Under the pieces are notes generated by a model. That model saw nothing but the letters and a program-made list of their open reading frames with translations. It was not told where the DNA came from and ran no database searches. A stretch of 64,000 nucleotides of DNA from a virus: IMG/VR virus record IMGVR_UViG_3300020193_000003. The stretch is one strand, 5' to 3'. The first letter of the stretch is position 1, and every line of letters begins with the position of its first letter. Made by a program: the position numbers and the translations under genes. Of this stretch, positions 19,950-29,900 are shown piece by piece.

Positions 19950-22900
19950 GACCTTCTTCTCCACGATCACCGACTCGGCGACCAACACGACGTTCGCCGT
20001 CGTCGTCGTCGACGGGGGGAGGGTCACCGCGCACGGGTCCATGAAGCAGGGCAAGGACTGGGCGGACTGGGTGAACCGGGGCAAGAAGTCGTTGGACCAG
20101 GTCTCATTGTCTCTGGATCCCTCGTTGCGCATGTCGAAGTTCGTCCCGTTGACGAGGGATAACCTGATGTCGAGGTACTCGTCCTTCGGCCCGACCACCG
20201 TCAAGGGGCTGGCCAGCATCATAGAGAGCAAGTCCGTCCCCGAGCCCCTCGCGACGAAGTCCGGAAAGCAGGACGCCAAGGCGGCGGAGGTCAACGAGGA
20301 GAAGGCTCCGTCGACGGAGCCGGAAAACGAGCCGGAATCCGAGCCGATAGCGACGTGGCTGCTCGCCGACGTCGGGATAAGCATGTTCGACGTCCAGATC
20401 AAGGCGGAGGCAATCAACTTCAAGGCGAGGCAATTCGCGAGGAACATGGACTTCGCCTCTTTCGTGACCTGCGTCAAGGGGTCGAGGGCGACCGTCTCCG
20501 AAGGTCGTTGGAGGACCATGCCCGTGGTCGGCCGGCAGGTGTCGGACGTTCTCAACAAGTTCGACAGGAAGATCAAGACGGGCGCTTTCGCGCATCTCGA
20601 CAAGCAGGGGTACTTCGAGAAGTTGCTACCGATAGGTATGGCAAACCTGCCCCCGCCGCACCTCGTGCGGAACGCTGACTCCGACCCGTTCATATACGAG
20701 GGAATTCCGTACATAAACGCCGGGAGGGGGATACTTGACCCCACTCCGCCGGGGACCAATCAGGTCGTTCGCGGCATCAGGTCCGTCGGCGGGGTTCTCG
20801 CAGAGATAGTGGACAAGCCGTCGAGGGTCAGAAGAATGACGAGGCGCGAAGACGAGGCGGACCGCCTGAGGTCCATCACCGCGACGACGAACGACCTCAA
20901 CCGGATAATCCCCGACGCGCGGAGCGAGGCGACAGGGCAGAGCAGGCTCAGGAGGAGGTTGTCGGCGCTCACGGACGCAATAGAGCCGGCGAACGTCTCG
21001 CCGTTACGGCTTGATCGCCCGGCGACGAGCAGGGAGAGAAGGAGGGTGCTCGAAGGTCAGGCCCGCATCGCCACGCAGGAAAACCGAACCAGGCGCAATT
21101 TCGCGGCCGACGCAGAGGCCGCGATGAGGAATGAGAGGGGTGACTCCCCGGAGACGCCCTCGGTGGTCAGGGCTGCTGAGCAAAGGACGCCGGGCGAGGT
21201 TGTGCCCAGCTCGGGTGACCCGACGCGCGGCGAGAGGGGGAGCGACCCGGGCGGGAGCGGGGGCGGCCTTCTCAACAGACTCTCCAGGCGATTCTCCAGA
21301 ATCTCCAATCGGATCGCCACCGGCGAAGACAAGACGCCAGAGCCAGACTTCGACGACAGGACCGAGATACCGTCCGCGCCAGTCGAGACGCCGCGCGTGG
21401 TGTCGGAGGACCCGTGGGTCATGGACAGGGACACGAGGGAACGCTTGCTCGCGGCGTTGGTCAAGGCCGTTCAGCCGGGCACGTACGCGACGTTCAGCTC
21501 CAGATTCGGGGAGGACGAGGTGGACTGGCCGGATTTCACGCCGTCCGAGCAGTCGGCGCTCCTGCGCGAGCTTGGGTATCGCCGCGACGAATTGCTCAGC
21601 AACGTAGCGGAACTAATGACTCCCGAGTTTTCGGCGGACAAGGACTACAGAAGCGACGGGGTTGTCACCCCGGAATCGGTGATGGAAGCCATCGCGAACG
21701 ATTTCGTGTCGTTGAGGCCGGGTGGGGTGAACCTGTACGCCGACGTGATGTCTCTCGTGGCGATCAACGACATGCTCTCCTCGAAGGACTTCGAAACAGA
21801 AGCAAGGGCGTCCGCGTGGAGGATGATCGACAACAGGAACAGGAGCGTCGTGTCCAAGAGAGCGGACATTCAGCGCAGGGACGTCAGGGATGCGGGCTCG
21901 ACGAGAATTCAGGGATCAATCGGGGAGAGGACCGTCATAGCGGGGGAACCGCCGAAACAACCGTCTCCAATCAGGCCAATGCTCTCCCTCAGCAAACTCC
22001 AGCCGATGAGGCTCAGGTACCAGCCGGAGAAGCCGGCCGGGATGAAAGAACTGTCCGAGTACTCCGATGTGGAGCGAGAGGCGATACTGAGAAGCGCCAT
22101 AGAGATGAGGGGCAACATCGTTGACTTCCTGCGCCAGAACTTGGGCATCCCGGCTGACACGGAGTTGACCGAGGACATGCTGGCGGATTGGATGTCAAGG
22201 CTGGACGAGCAGACCGCTAAGCGGGTCGGCATGTACGCACACAACCTGATCGTCCTTGACGGCATGATACCCCTGGTCATCGGCTCCGACAAAAATAACG
22301 CAGATGTTCAGTGGTCAAGTCTCACCGAACCGGCGAGGAACAGGATCCTCTCGAATGCGAACGTGGGGCTGGTGCCGCAGGTTCCCAAGACGAACGTCCG
22401 CAAGACCAGAACGCGGCCGCCGAAGCCGCCATCCGCACCGCAGACCAGTGCGACGCCGTCACCAGATGCTCCGACAACAGTGCCCGGCGTGTCCGTGCCG
22501 ATCGGTATGTCAACCGCACCAGGGAAGCTTGACGCCTACAAGGGCGACGTCGTCGGCGACTCACTCGACGTTCTGGATGTCACGGACCAGGTCGTTACCT
22601 GGACCCTCGAGGACGGAACGCAGGAGACCAAACCGATCGCGTCCCTGGGCGCAAACAATCAGTACGACCTAACCAACGCGATCATTCAGGACGGCATCAC
22701 CTACGTGATGGAAAGAAACCTCGGCATCTACAGGGACCCGGCGTCCGGGCTGTACCTGACCGACTACTCGAGGGTTCCGATATCGGTGGACACGACGATA
22801 ACGCCCGCGTCGAGGCTGCTACCGGTGCAGAAATCAAGGAACATGCCGGTGCGAAGCTATCCGCAGATCACCCTGAGGGAGGCGGACGCCAACAAACCCT

Positions 22901-25488
22901 ACGGCCTCAACACAAACATGAAAAAGACGCAGATTGAGATGTTGAGCGAGGTGCTCGGCATAGACGCCCGGCAGGCGCAGGAGCTGGTCGGCAAGGTCAT
23001 CTACTTCGCCCCCAACGTCTCCCCGTCTAGGTCAATGGACAACTTCCGGCAGGCGGCGATGCTGCTGCTGAACGTGTCGTCAATCGGCACGGGGATACCC
23101 GACAGCGAAAAACTCAACTTGCAGTTGCTCGACGTCGTGGACATCCCAGAAGGCTCGGATCAGATCGAGGCCTACCTAAATCACATCGGGAGACCCGACA
23201 TCGCCAACGCCTACGTCGCCGCCGGGAGACCAGCGGATTTCCTCTCGTGGAACAGCTCCGCCAGGAGCGCGGCCAACATACCCGAGTCGCAGATACTCCC
23301 GCAGCACCTAGAGGGGGCTAGGTCAAATACGTACCACCGACGTCGTATGACCTCGATATTCGACCAGGACAAGGACGTCCCGGGAGAAGACACCACCGTC
23401 CTCGTCCCGGGAATGACAGCTGCCGCAAAGCCGAGAGTTCGCAAGATGATCGTCCTGTGGAGGCACCCAGACAACTACATCAGCAAGTCGGGTCGTTACT
23501 ATTATTCTCCCACAAAGACGCAAGCGATCGAGGTGGCGGCGGTCGTCAACAGGGCACTGGCGACCGACGATTCTCGGGACTGGTACCACGCATTCGAGGT
23601 GGTTCGCAGCACCTACGAGACGGCCAAGGCATCCCGCGACGCCTCCCTGAGATCGTGGGAGAGCGCCCAAGGGAATACGAGCAGGACGCCGAGACCGCGC
23701 CGGGAATTCGTCTTGGCCGGCGACCTCGTCGAGCAACTCGAGACAATCATCGCCGACATCTTCGGGCCGAACATGCACAAGGTCGCAGACTCGGTCAGGC
23801 AAGAGAAGGGCCTGCGGGCGAAGATCGCGAACGACATGGGGCGCATGCGCAAGCGGGCGAAGGCTCTCGGTGTCCGGAACGTCGTCGGCCTCGAGGATGG
23901 GGCCCTCATCCCGCCGGTCGACGCCACCGGCAGCCCGCTCCCGCCTCGCTCGCCGCAGGAAATCCTCGCGATGCTGGAAAAGCACCAGTCGCTCGGTTTC
24001 CTGCCGCACATCCCAAGGGACCTGGGGCCCAACGATGCGCTGGAGATATCCGAAATTTCCGATGAGGCGATAAAGACGCTCGCGGCGATCGCCTTCTCCG
24101 TCGAAATGAAGCTGGACCCGGAGACGGGCAGACCGCTGCAGGAAGTGACGCCAGAAACAGTCGACAACAAGTACCTGTTGCACAACGCCATCCAGTTTTT
24201 GACAGGGAACAAGGGGCGCCCGATCACGGTGACCGCAGAAGAATTCCAGCTCCTCGGAACCTCTTTCCTCCCAGACCAAACCGAGAGCGTCGCGCCGGCA
24301 AATTTCCCGTACAACTTCTACATAGTGCGCAGGGGAATCGCACGCTCAAAACGCGGCAAGACCGCCAATGCCATGGCGGAGGACCTCATCAATGGGCCGC
24401 TTTACACCAAGATCGACAGCGGCACCGCCGGCGGCTACGGCCTCAACTTCGCAAGGCCCAACGCTGGAATGGTCGACGGTTACGGGGGCAACGACCCGTT
24501 GGGGGACTTGGTCTTGGCCGCCGTGCCCAAGACGGCGCGCGTCGACAACAGAGTCAGGATGACCGTGCTGTACGCGGAATTGCAGGAGATGTTCGGAGCC
24601 TTCTTCACCAACATCACGCACTTCAACGGAACCGAAAAAACGATGGCGATCGACCTTGACGCCACCAACGACCCGGACTGGAGCGCCGACGACCAGAAAA
24701 ATCCGTTCTTCAGGAGGAGCAGACCGAACAGGGCGCACGCCTACTACGTGCCGCACGGTGGGGAATCTGTTACGGATCACAGGGGCCACCGCGCCTTGGG
24801 CGAGGAACTGACCCTACTTGCGAAAGAAATGGGCGTCACCATCCCGAAAGTAGACACCGCCGATCCCGAGGCGATTAGGGGGCTCGGTAATGTGATCATG
24901 CTCCTTGCCGCCGAGAAATCACGGAGGGAAATCGCAAGAGGGGCTGGCCCGTTCGTAGAAAACGCCACCGCCACCGACCGGGCAATGGACAACCTTGCCG
25001 GGCCGCAATGGTGGAACGCCACGAGGGCGCAGGTCTTCGGATGGATGATCCAAATGGAAATTCTCAAGTCGATGGAGATAGCGAGGATGAAGGCCCTCGG
25101 CAAGGTTCCGTGGAACGACAGAATAGCCGAACTCGTCGCCGCCCAGGAAATCATGACTTACTGGAACGACGAAATCATCCAGGCGATGCTGTTCGGCGTG
25201 GACGTCGGCGCCGCCGACGACAGTTTGCCCCTCACCATGAACCCGGCGAGAATCTTCAGGGGTTACGGAATCGGCAGCCACGTCATGGTCTACAACCGGT
25301 CGGCATTGGTTTTCGTCTCCCGGCCACTCACGCGATCCGGCGAGCTGGCTATCGTGGAGTTGGTGAGGGACCCGAGGATAAGGAAGCCCGGAGAGCCGAG
25401 CATGGTCTGGAACTCCTTCCACGGAAAATGGATAAAGGACCCGGACTACAAATCCAGCGCACCCGCAGACGACGAGGACGGAACATGA
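19939..25488 (+). CDS. Giant protein (1849 aa) with the NADSDP...DPTP motif and a possible C-terminal ADP-ribosyltransferase-like domain
   Basis: Long ORF overlapping the upstream gene; motif at ~20617-20754; DAEAAM (ATG 21124); YIVRRG...GGYGLNFA...VMVYNRSALV (24319-25314). The ART-like call is tentative. Confidence 0.75.
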   Translation: MESETFFSTITDSATNTTFAVVVVDGGRVTAHGSMKQGKDWADWVNRGKKSLDQVSLSLDPSLRMSKFVPLTRDNLMSRYSSFGPTTVKGLASIIESKSVPEPLATKSGKQDAKAAEVNEEKAPSTEPENEPESEPIATWLLADVGISMFDVQIKAEAINFKARQFARNMDFASFVTCVKGSRATVSEGRWRTMPVVGRQVSDVLNKFDRKIKTGAFAHLDKQGYFEKLLPIGMANLPPPHLVRNADSDPFIYEGIPYINAGRGILDPTPPGTNQVVRGIRSVGGVLAEIVDKPSRVRRMTRREDEADRLRSITATTNDLNRIIPDARSEATGQSRLRRRLSALTDAIEPANVSPLRLDRPATSRERRRVLEGQARIATQENRTRRNFAADAEAAMRNERGDSPETPSVVRAAEQRTPGEVVPSSGDPTRGERGSDPGGSGGGLLNRLSRRFSRISNRIATGEDKTPEPDFDDRTEIPSAPVETPRVVSEDPWVMDRDTRERLLAALVKAVQPGTYATFSSRFGEDEVDWPDFTPSEQSALLRELGYRRDELLSNVAELMTPEFSADKDYRSDGVVTPESVMEAIANDFVSLRPGGVNLYADVMSLVAINDMLSSKDFETEARASAWRMIDNRNRSVVSKRADIQRRDVRDAGSTRIQGSIGERTVIAGEPPKQPSPIRPMLSLSKLQPMRLRYQPEKPAGMKELSEYSDVEREAILRSAIEMRGNIVDFLRQNLGIPADTELTEDMLADWMSRLDEQTAKRVGMYAHNLIVLDGMIPLVIGSDKNNADVQWSSLTEPARNRILSNANVGLVPQVPKTNVRKTRTRPPKPPSAPQTSATPSPDAPTTVPGVSVPIGMSTAPGKLDAYKGDVVGDSLDVLDVTDQVVTWTLEDGTQETKPIASLGANNQYDLTNAIIQDGITYVMERNLGIYRDPASGLYLTDYSRVPISVDTTITPASRLLPVQKSRNMPVRSYPQITLREADANKPYGLNTNMKKTQIEMLSEVLGIDARQAQELVGKVIYFAPNVSPSRSMDNFRQAAMLLLNVSSIGTGIPDSEKLNLQLLDVVDIPEGSDQIEAYLNHIGRPDIANAYVAAGRPADFLSWNSSARSAANIPESQILPQHLEGARSNTYHRRRMTSIFDQDKDVPGEDTTVLVPGMTAAAKPRVRKMIVLWRHPDNYISKSGRYYYSPTKTQAIEVAAVVNRALATDDSRDWYHAFEVVRSTYETAKASRDASLRSWESAQGNTSRTPRPRREFVLAGDLVEQLETIIADIFGPNMHKVADSVRQEKGLRAKIANDMGRMRKRAKALGVRNVVGLEDGALIPPVDATGSPLPPRSPQEILAMLEKHQSLGFLPHIPRDLGPNDALEISEISDEAIKTLAAIAFSVEMKLDPETGRPLQEVTPETVDNKYLLHNAIQFLTGNKGRPITVTAEEFQLLGTSFLPDQTESVAPANFPYNFYIVRRGIARSKRGKTANAMAEDLINGPLYTKIDSGTAGGYGLNFARPNAGMVDGYGGNDPLGDLVLAAVPKTARVDNRVRMTVLYAELQEMFGAFFTNITHFNGTEKTMAIDLDATNDPDWSADDQKNPFFRRSRPNRAHAYYVPHGGESVTDHRGHRALGEELTLLAKEMGVTIPKVDTADPEAIRGLGNVIMLLAAEKSRREIARGAGPFVENATATDRAMDNLAGPQWWNATRAQVFGWMIQMEILKSMEIARMKALGKVPWNDRIAELVAAQEIMTYWNDEIIQAMLFGVDVGAADDSLPLTMNPARIFRGYGIGSHVMVYNRSALVFVSRPLTRSGELAIVELVRDPRIRKPGEPSMVWNSFHGKWIKDPDYKSSAPADDEDGT

Positions 25489-25925
25489 GAGATCCCGACG
25501 GAAACCCGAGAGACCCCAACGCAATACGCATGACGGAGCCCGAGCAGTTGGAGATGATGTCCGACTATGCGTCGGTGGCCGAGGACGCGAAGTATCCACC
25601 GTTCACGCTGCCGGGCAACACGAAGGACGAAGATTTCCTTTTGATCCTCTCCAGGGAGTACGACCATTTCCTTTACGGCGAAAAGCCCTACGACTCATTT
25701 CGGGCCGTGCAGGAGGCATACTCGGATGAGCTGGTCGAATCACGCGCGTGGAGGTCGCTTGCGTACTCCCCGCAGGAAGCGGCCATGGAGGTCATCACGC
25801 GATCCCTGAGGGACGCCAGTGTCCCCGCCGAAGAAATCGAGTATCGTGCCGAGAGGCTGTACATCTCGCATGCCAAGACGCAGTACATGGGCGATCTTGA
25901 ATTTTTGCCGTGGGAACAGCTGTGA
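25485..25925 (+). CDS. Small acidic hypothetical protein (146 aa, MRDPDGNPRD...)
   Basis: ATGA overlap at 25485-25488; C-terminal part of track ORF 25008..25925. Confidence 0.7.
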   Translation: MRDPDGNPRDPNAIRMTEPEQLEMMSDYASVAEDAKYPPFTLPGNTKDEDFLLILSREYDHFLYGEKPYDSFRAVQEAYSDELVESRAWRSLAYSPQEAAMEVITRSLRDASVPAEEIEYRAERLYISHAKTQYMGDLEFLPWEQL

Positions 25926-26857
25926 GAGAGAAGGCCACCAGGGAGGACGCCCTCAAGATCGCCCGCTACATGGGTTGCCGAGGGGCTCATCAGGGCGAGA
26001 ACGGGGATTGGTTGCCGTGCGCCGACGCCGAGACGCTCAGTCGTCTGTCCTCGGCAGCGGAGGACGACGCGTGGTTGCTGCGCTTTCAAAAGGACGTGCA
26101 TTCGGGGAACGGACCCGTCGGGGGCGTGGCGGCGAACGTGGACATGAACGGCAGGAGGAAGAGGGGCGTGAGACCGTTCGACGTGCCACCCCCGGAGTTC
26201 GGGGATGGCAAGTCGGCCAACAACTACACGAAGCCGAAACTGAGGGGGAGCATCAAGAATCGCATCATGGCGGGCTCGCAGGGGGGCAAGCCAGGGCAGT
26301 GGTCGGCGCGCAAGGCACAGCTCGTCGCGCAGGAGTACAAGAAGCGCGGCGGAGGGTACAGGGGAAAGAGAACCAAGAAGCAACGCTCACTCTCCAAGTG
26401 GACCAAGGAGAAGTGGACGACATCGGACGGCAAGCCGGCGATACGCCAGGGCGGGACGAGGCGCTACCTGCCAGCCAAGGCCTGGTCAAAGCTGAGCCCG
26501 TCCCAGAGGGCCGCCACCAACAAGAAGAAGCGCGAGGGCAACAAGAGGGGACGACAGTTCGTTGCCAACACGGAAGCCGCGGCGAGGGCAAGAAAGACCT
26601 CCACCAAGTCCGGTTACCCAATCATCGTGAAAAAGACGCTCGTGATGCAGAGATTCACGGAGACGGAGGGTCGCGGACCAGGGCCGCGTCGCAAGAAGAG
26701 GGGCAAGAGATGGGAGAAGCTCACCGAAAGGGGTCCCTCCCAGATCGTTTCGACCCCGAACTTCGGCCTCACATCCAAGTCGCAGTCCATTGATCTGCAA
26801 AAGATCGGCACGGAAGTGAGACAAGTGTTGACGACCTCAAGATTTTTGGCGGACTAA
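25922..26857 (+). CDS. Basic protein with an N-terminal GCxG...WxPC motif and a DUF5872-like domain
   Basis: GTGA overlap start; YTKPKLR...GGKPGQWSARKAQLVAQEYKKRGGGY...RYLPAKAW, recalled as DUF5872. Confidence 0.7.
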   Translation: MREKATREDALKIARYMGCRGAHQGENGDWLPCADAETLSRLSSAAEDDAWLLRFQKDVHSGNGPVGGVAANVDMNGRRKRGVRPFDVPPPEFGDGKSANNYTKPKLRGSIKNRIMAGSQGGKPGQWSARKAQLVAQEYKKRGGGYRGKRTKKQRSLSKWTKEKWTTSDGKPAIRQGGTRRYLPAKAWSKLSPSQRAATNKKKREGNKRGRQFVANTEAAARARKTSTKSGYPIIVKKTLVMQRFTETEGRGPGPRRKKRGKRWEKLTERGPSQIVSTPNFGLTSKSQSIDLQKIGTEVRQVLTTSRFLAD

Positions 26858-26931
26858 CGTCCCGGACGCTTACCTTGAAGTATCCTTATCGGTACTAAAA
26901 GCGCGCCCAAAACGCGAGCGGATGGGAAAAG

Positions 26932-29900
26932 ATGGACGACTCAACAGAACAGGGCGATTGTTGTCCTATCTCGGGGGGGGAAATAGAGCAGAAGGACATC
27001 GCCTTCGGTCCCAGGCGGGTCCGTCCGGATAGTTTTGACGCATACGTTGACAAGGAATCGGCCCGCGCAAGGGCGCGGATGCTTGGGTGCATCGGAATAC
27101 GACAATACAGCTCGACGGCGGGCGGGACCGTCTGGATGCCGTGCAGCAACGAGTCCGACTACAGGAAGGTGACCGGCCAGGACAATTTGTCGCGGAGACA
27201 GCGCAGGAGGATGCTAAAAGCCGCCTTCGCCGACGACCTGGAGACCAAGGCCCTCGGCTCAACCATCGGGACAGTCAGCGGTCAGGTGAACATGAACCCG
27301 TTCACCGCCATAGACGCAGACCTGGACGGTCTCGTACTCGAGGGCCTGCCGCAAATCAACATGGGTCGCGGGGTGCCCGACCCGACGCCGGGAAGGGCGG
27401 AAATTCCATCGGCGCCGACGTCACCCCTTAGGCGGATGGACTGGTCTCCGTTCGATATGGCGCGGCCGACGCAGGAAGTTCCAACGCCGCCCGTTCGCAA
27501 GCGCGATCAGAGGATGAATCGTCCGAGTGCGAAGCTGCGAATGGAGCAGTTCAGGGACAACGTGGAGGCGGCGCTGAAGGACGACCTGTTCGCCAATTCC
27601 TGGCAGAATGCCGTCACGGATTTTATCAACTCGGACATATTGGGGGACGACGACTCCGACCAATATCTCAACCAAAACCTGTACTCCATCGTGGAGGACG
27701 TCGCCTCGAGGGTTGAGTCGGTGGTCGACGAGCAACCAGAGTTTTCTGTGCCGAGGGGTCGCACCCGAAGGGACGCCGCGGACGCAACTTCGGCGCGCCT
27801 GACGGCAAAGGTTCTCGGAACGGTGTCCGAATTGATGAACAATCCGCCGGACGCCATGACCGGGAGGGACGACGTGGTCAGAAGACTGACATCGTCGTTG
27901 TTGGAATCTGGAGCGAGGAGGGTTGCGGACACGGGCGGAAAGCCAGGCGTGTGGGCCTTCCTGATACAGGCGATACTCGGGGGCGCAATCGGAGTCCAGG
28001 GAGGCTGGGAGTTGCTGGCGAGAGTATTCGGAATAGAGAATTCAACTGGCTGGATCCCTCACCCAACCGGGCGCAGTCTCGAAATCCTGTCACCCAGCCT
28101 TGCCAGACAAAGGTCCAACGAGGCAAGGTCGAGGGCCCTCGAGAGGGTCACGAGGACCATGGACGCCCTGCGCAACGCCGGTTTCGCAATAGCCGACGCC
28201 GGGGACATCCCGTCCGTCGCCGACGACATCGCAGAGGTCTTGGACGGAGACAGGTCAACCGACCTTCCGGGTGACCTGTTGCCCAAGGACACCGCCAAGT
28301 CCAGCTCGCTTGACGAAGTGATCAGGAGGATGAGGGAAGCCACGGGCATCAAGGACAGCGTGGCGACCAGGAGGCGCCGAGATACGCGGACATATGTGGA
28401 GGAGGATTTGATCACCAGGAATCGCATGGATCTCGTCGGCATTCCCACTGGGATCCTCGACGTCTTTGATTCCTCGTCGGTCCCCGCACCGACGCCGTCC
28501 GACGGTTCGGCTGCGAGATTGATCACGTCCGGTGGGGTCGACGGTCTGAATCCGATGAACGCCAAACTGCTGTACGACGCCATGAGCGACCAAAACTTCC
28601 TGCGAACCTTCGTCGCCCCGGCCGACTCGCCGTACGCTGCGCAACTGGCGACCCTTATCGAGCAAGGAAGGCTGCCGAAGGTGGTGGCGGCGATACTCGA
28701 GATGTCACCGGAATCAGTGGAGGATTTCCTCGCAGTCAACCCGAGACCACTGATCATGTCGGCAAGATCAGCCAGGAAGAAGTTGAGACCCGCCGGCTCG
28801 TGGATGGCCCGCATAGACCACGATCCGTTTGAGGTCGCGGCCCACCTCATGCGGGCGAAGGACTACCACATTTCGGCGATAGCGAACGGCTCGGACTCGC
28901 CCGTCCTCCTCGACGCCGTGGACGAGCTGGTCGGCAACAACGCCTCCGAGACCTCCGCCATCTTCTCGTCGATAGTGGCCAACAACAAGCAGAGATTGGC
29001 GGACGCATACGACGGGTCGTTGCAACTGGCGCGGTCGGGGAACGGGCTCCTGATGGCGGCGAGAAACCTGATATCAAATGCGACAGAGAACGATTCCACA
29101 TGGAGTGCCTCACGCAACGCAATATCCGACGCGTCCCGGGCGATGGTCTCCGCAGAGGACGTCTCTGCGGGCATGGCGAACACTGCCTCAAGGTACGGAA
29201 GGAACTACCCGAGGCACAGACGCAAGAGCGGCGACTGGTCGCCAATAGCCAACAAGATACGAGACTCGATCAGGCGCTACAAGTCCCGGTATGGCGCCCC
29301 AGCGGCGAACTCGGCGGACTTGGCGAGGTTCGTGGACTTCTCCTACCCCGAACTTCTTGACGAGGCGGCCGAGCTGATTGACCTGATGAAGCAAAAAATA
29401 GAATTCGGATCCCTCGCCATGGCCGATTACGCAAGCGACGGGTGGAGGAACAGGGATGTCGCCGAGCTGGCCCTTGACGAGTTTGACCCGACGAACCTTG
29501 AGTCCATTTTTGACCCGGGTAGCAGGATGGGCCTGCTGAAGGCGATCGGCGTCAACCTGGCGGCGGCGGCCAAGATGGCGCCGTCGCGATCCGAGCGAGA
29601 CGGAGTGATGGACATCCTCGACGAGGTGAACTCCTGGAGCTTCACCGTCCTCCCGCTGTACACGGAGCCGAGGTCCGTGACATCGCGTCGCAGAGGAATT
29701 TTCCCAAGCGTCTCCAGCGACGCCGAGGCTGGCATGACGGTCAACAGGGGGGTCCCGGAGGACATCAGGCAAACGCTCATGTCAAGATCCGCACCGCTCG
29801 GATCCGAAACTGAGGGTACGCCGAAGATCCGCATGAGAAGAAAGTTGATCGAGAGGGCCAACGAGTTGCTCGCGGCAAAGCAGTCAGACGACCTCGTGGA

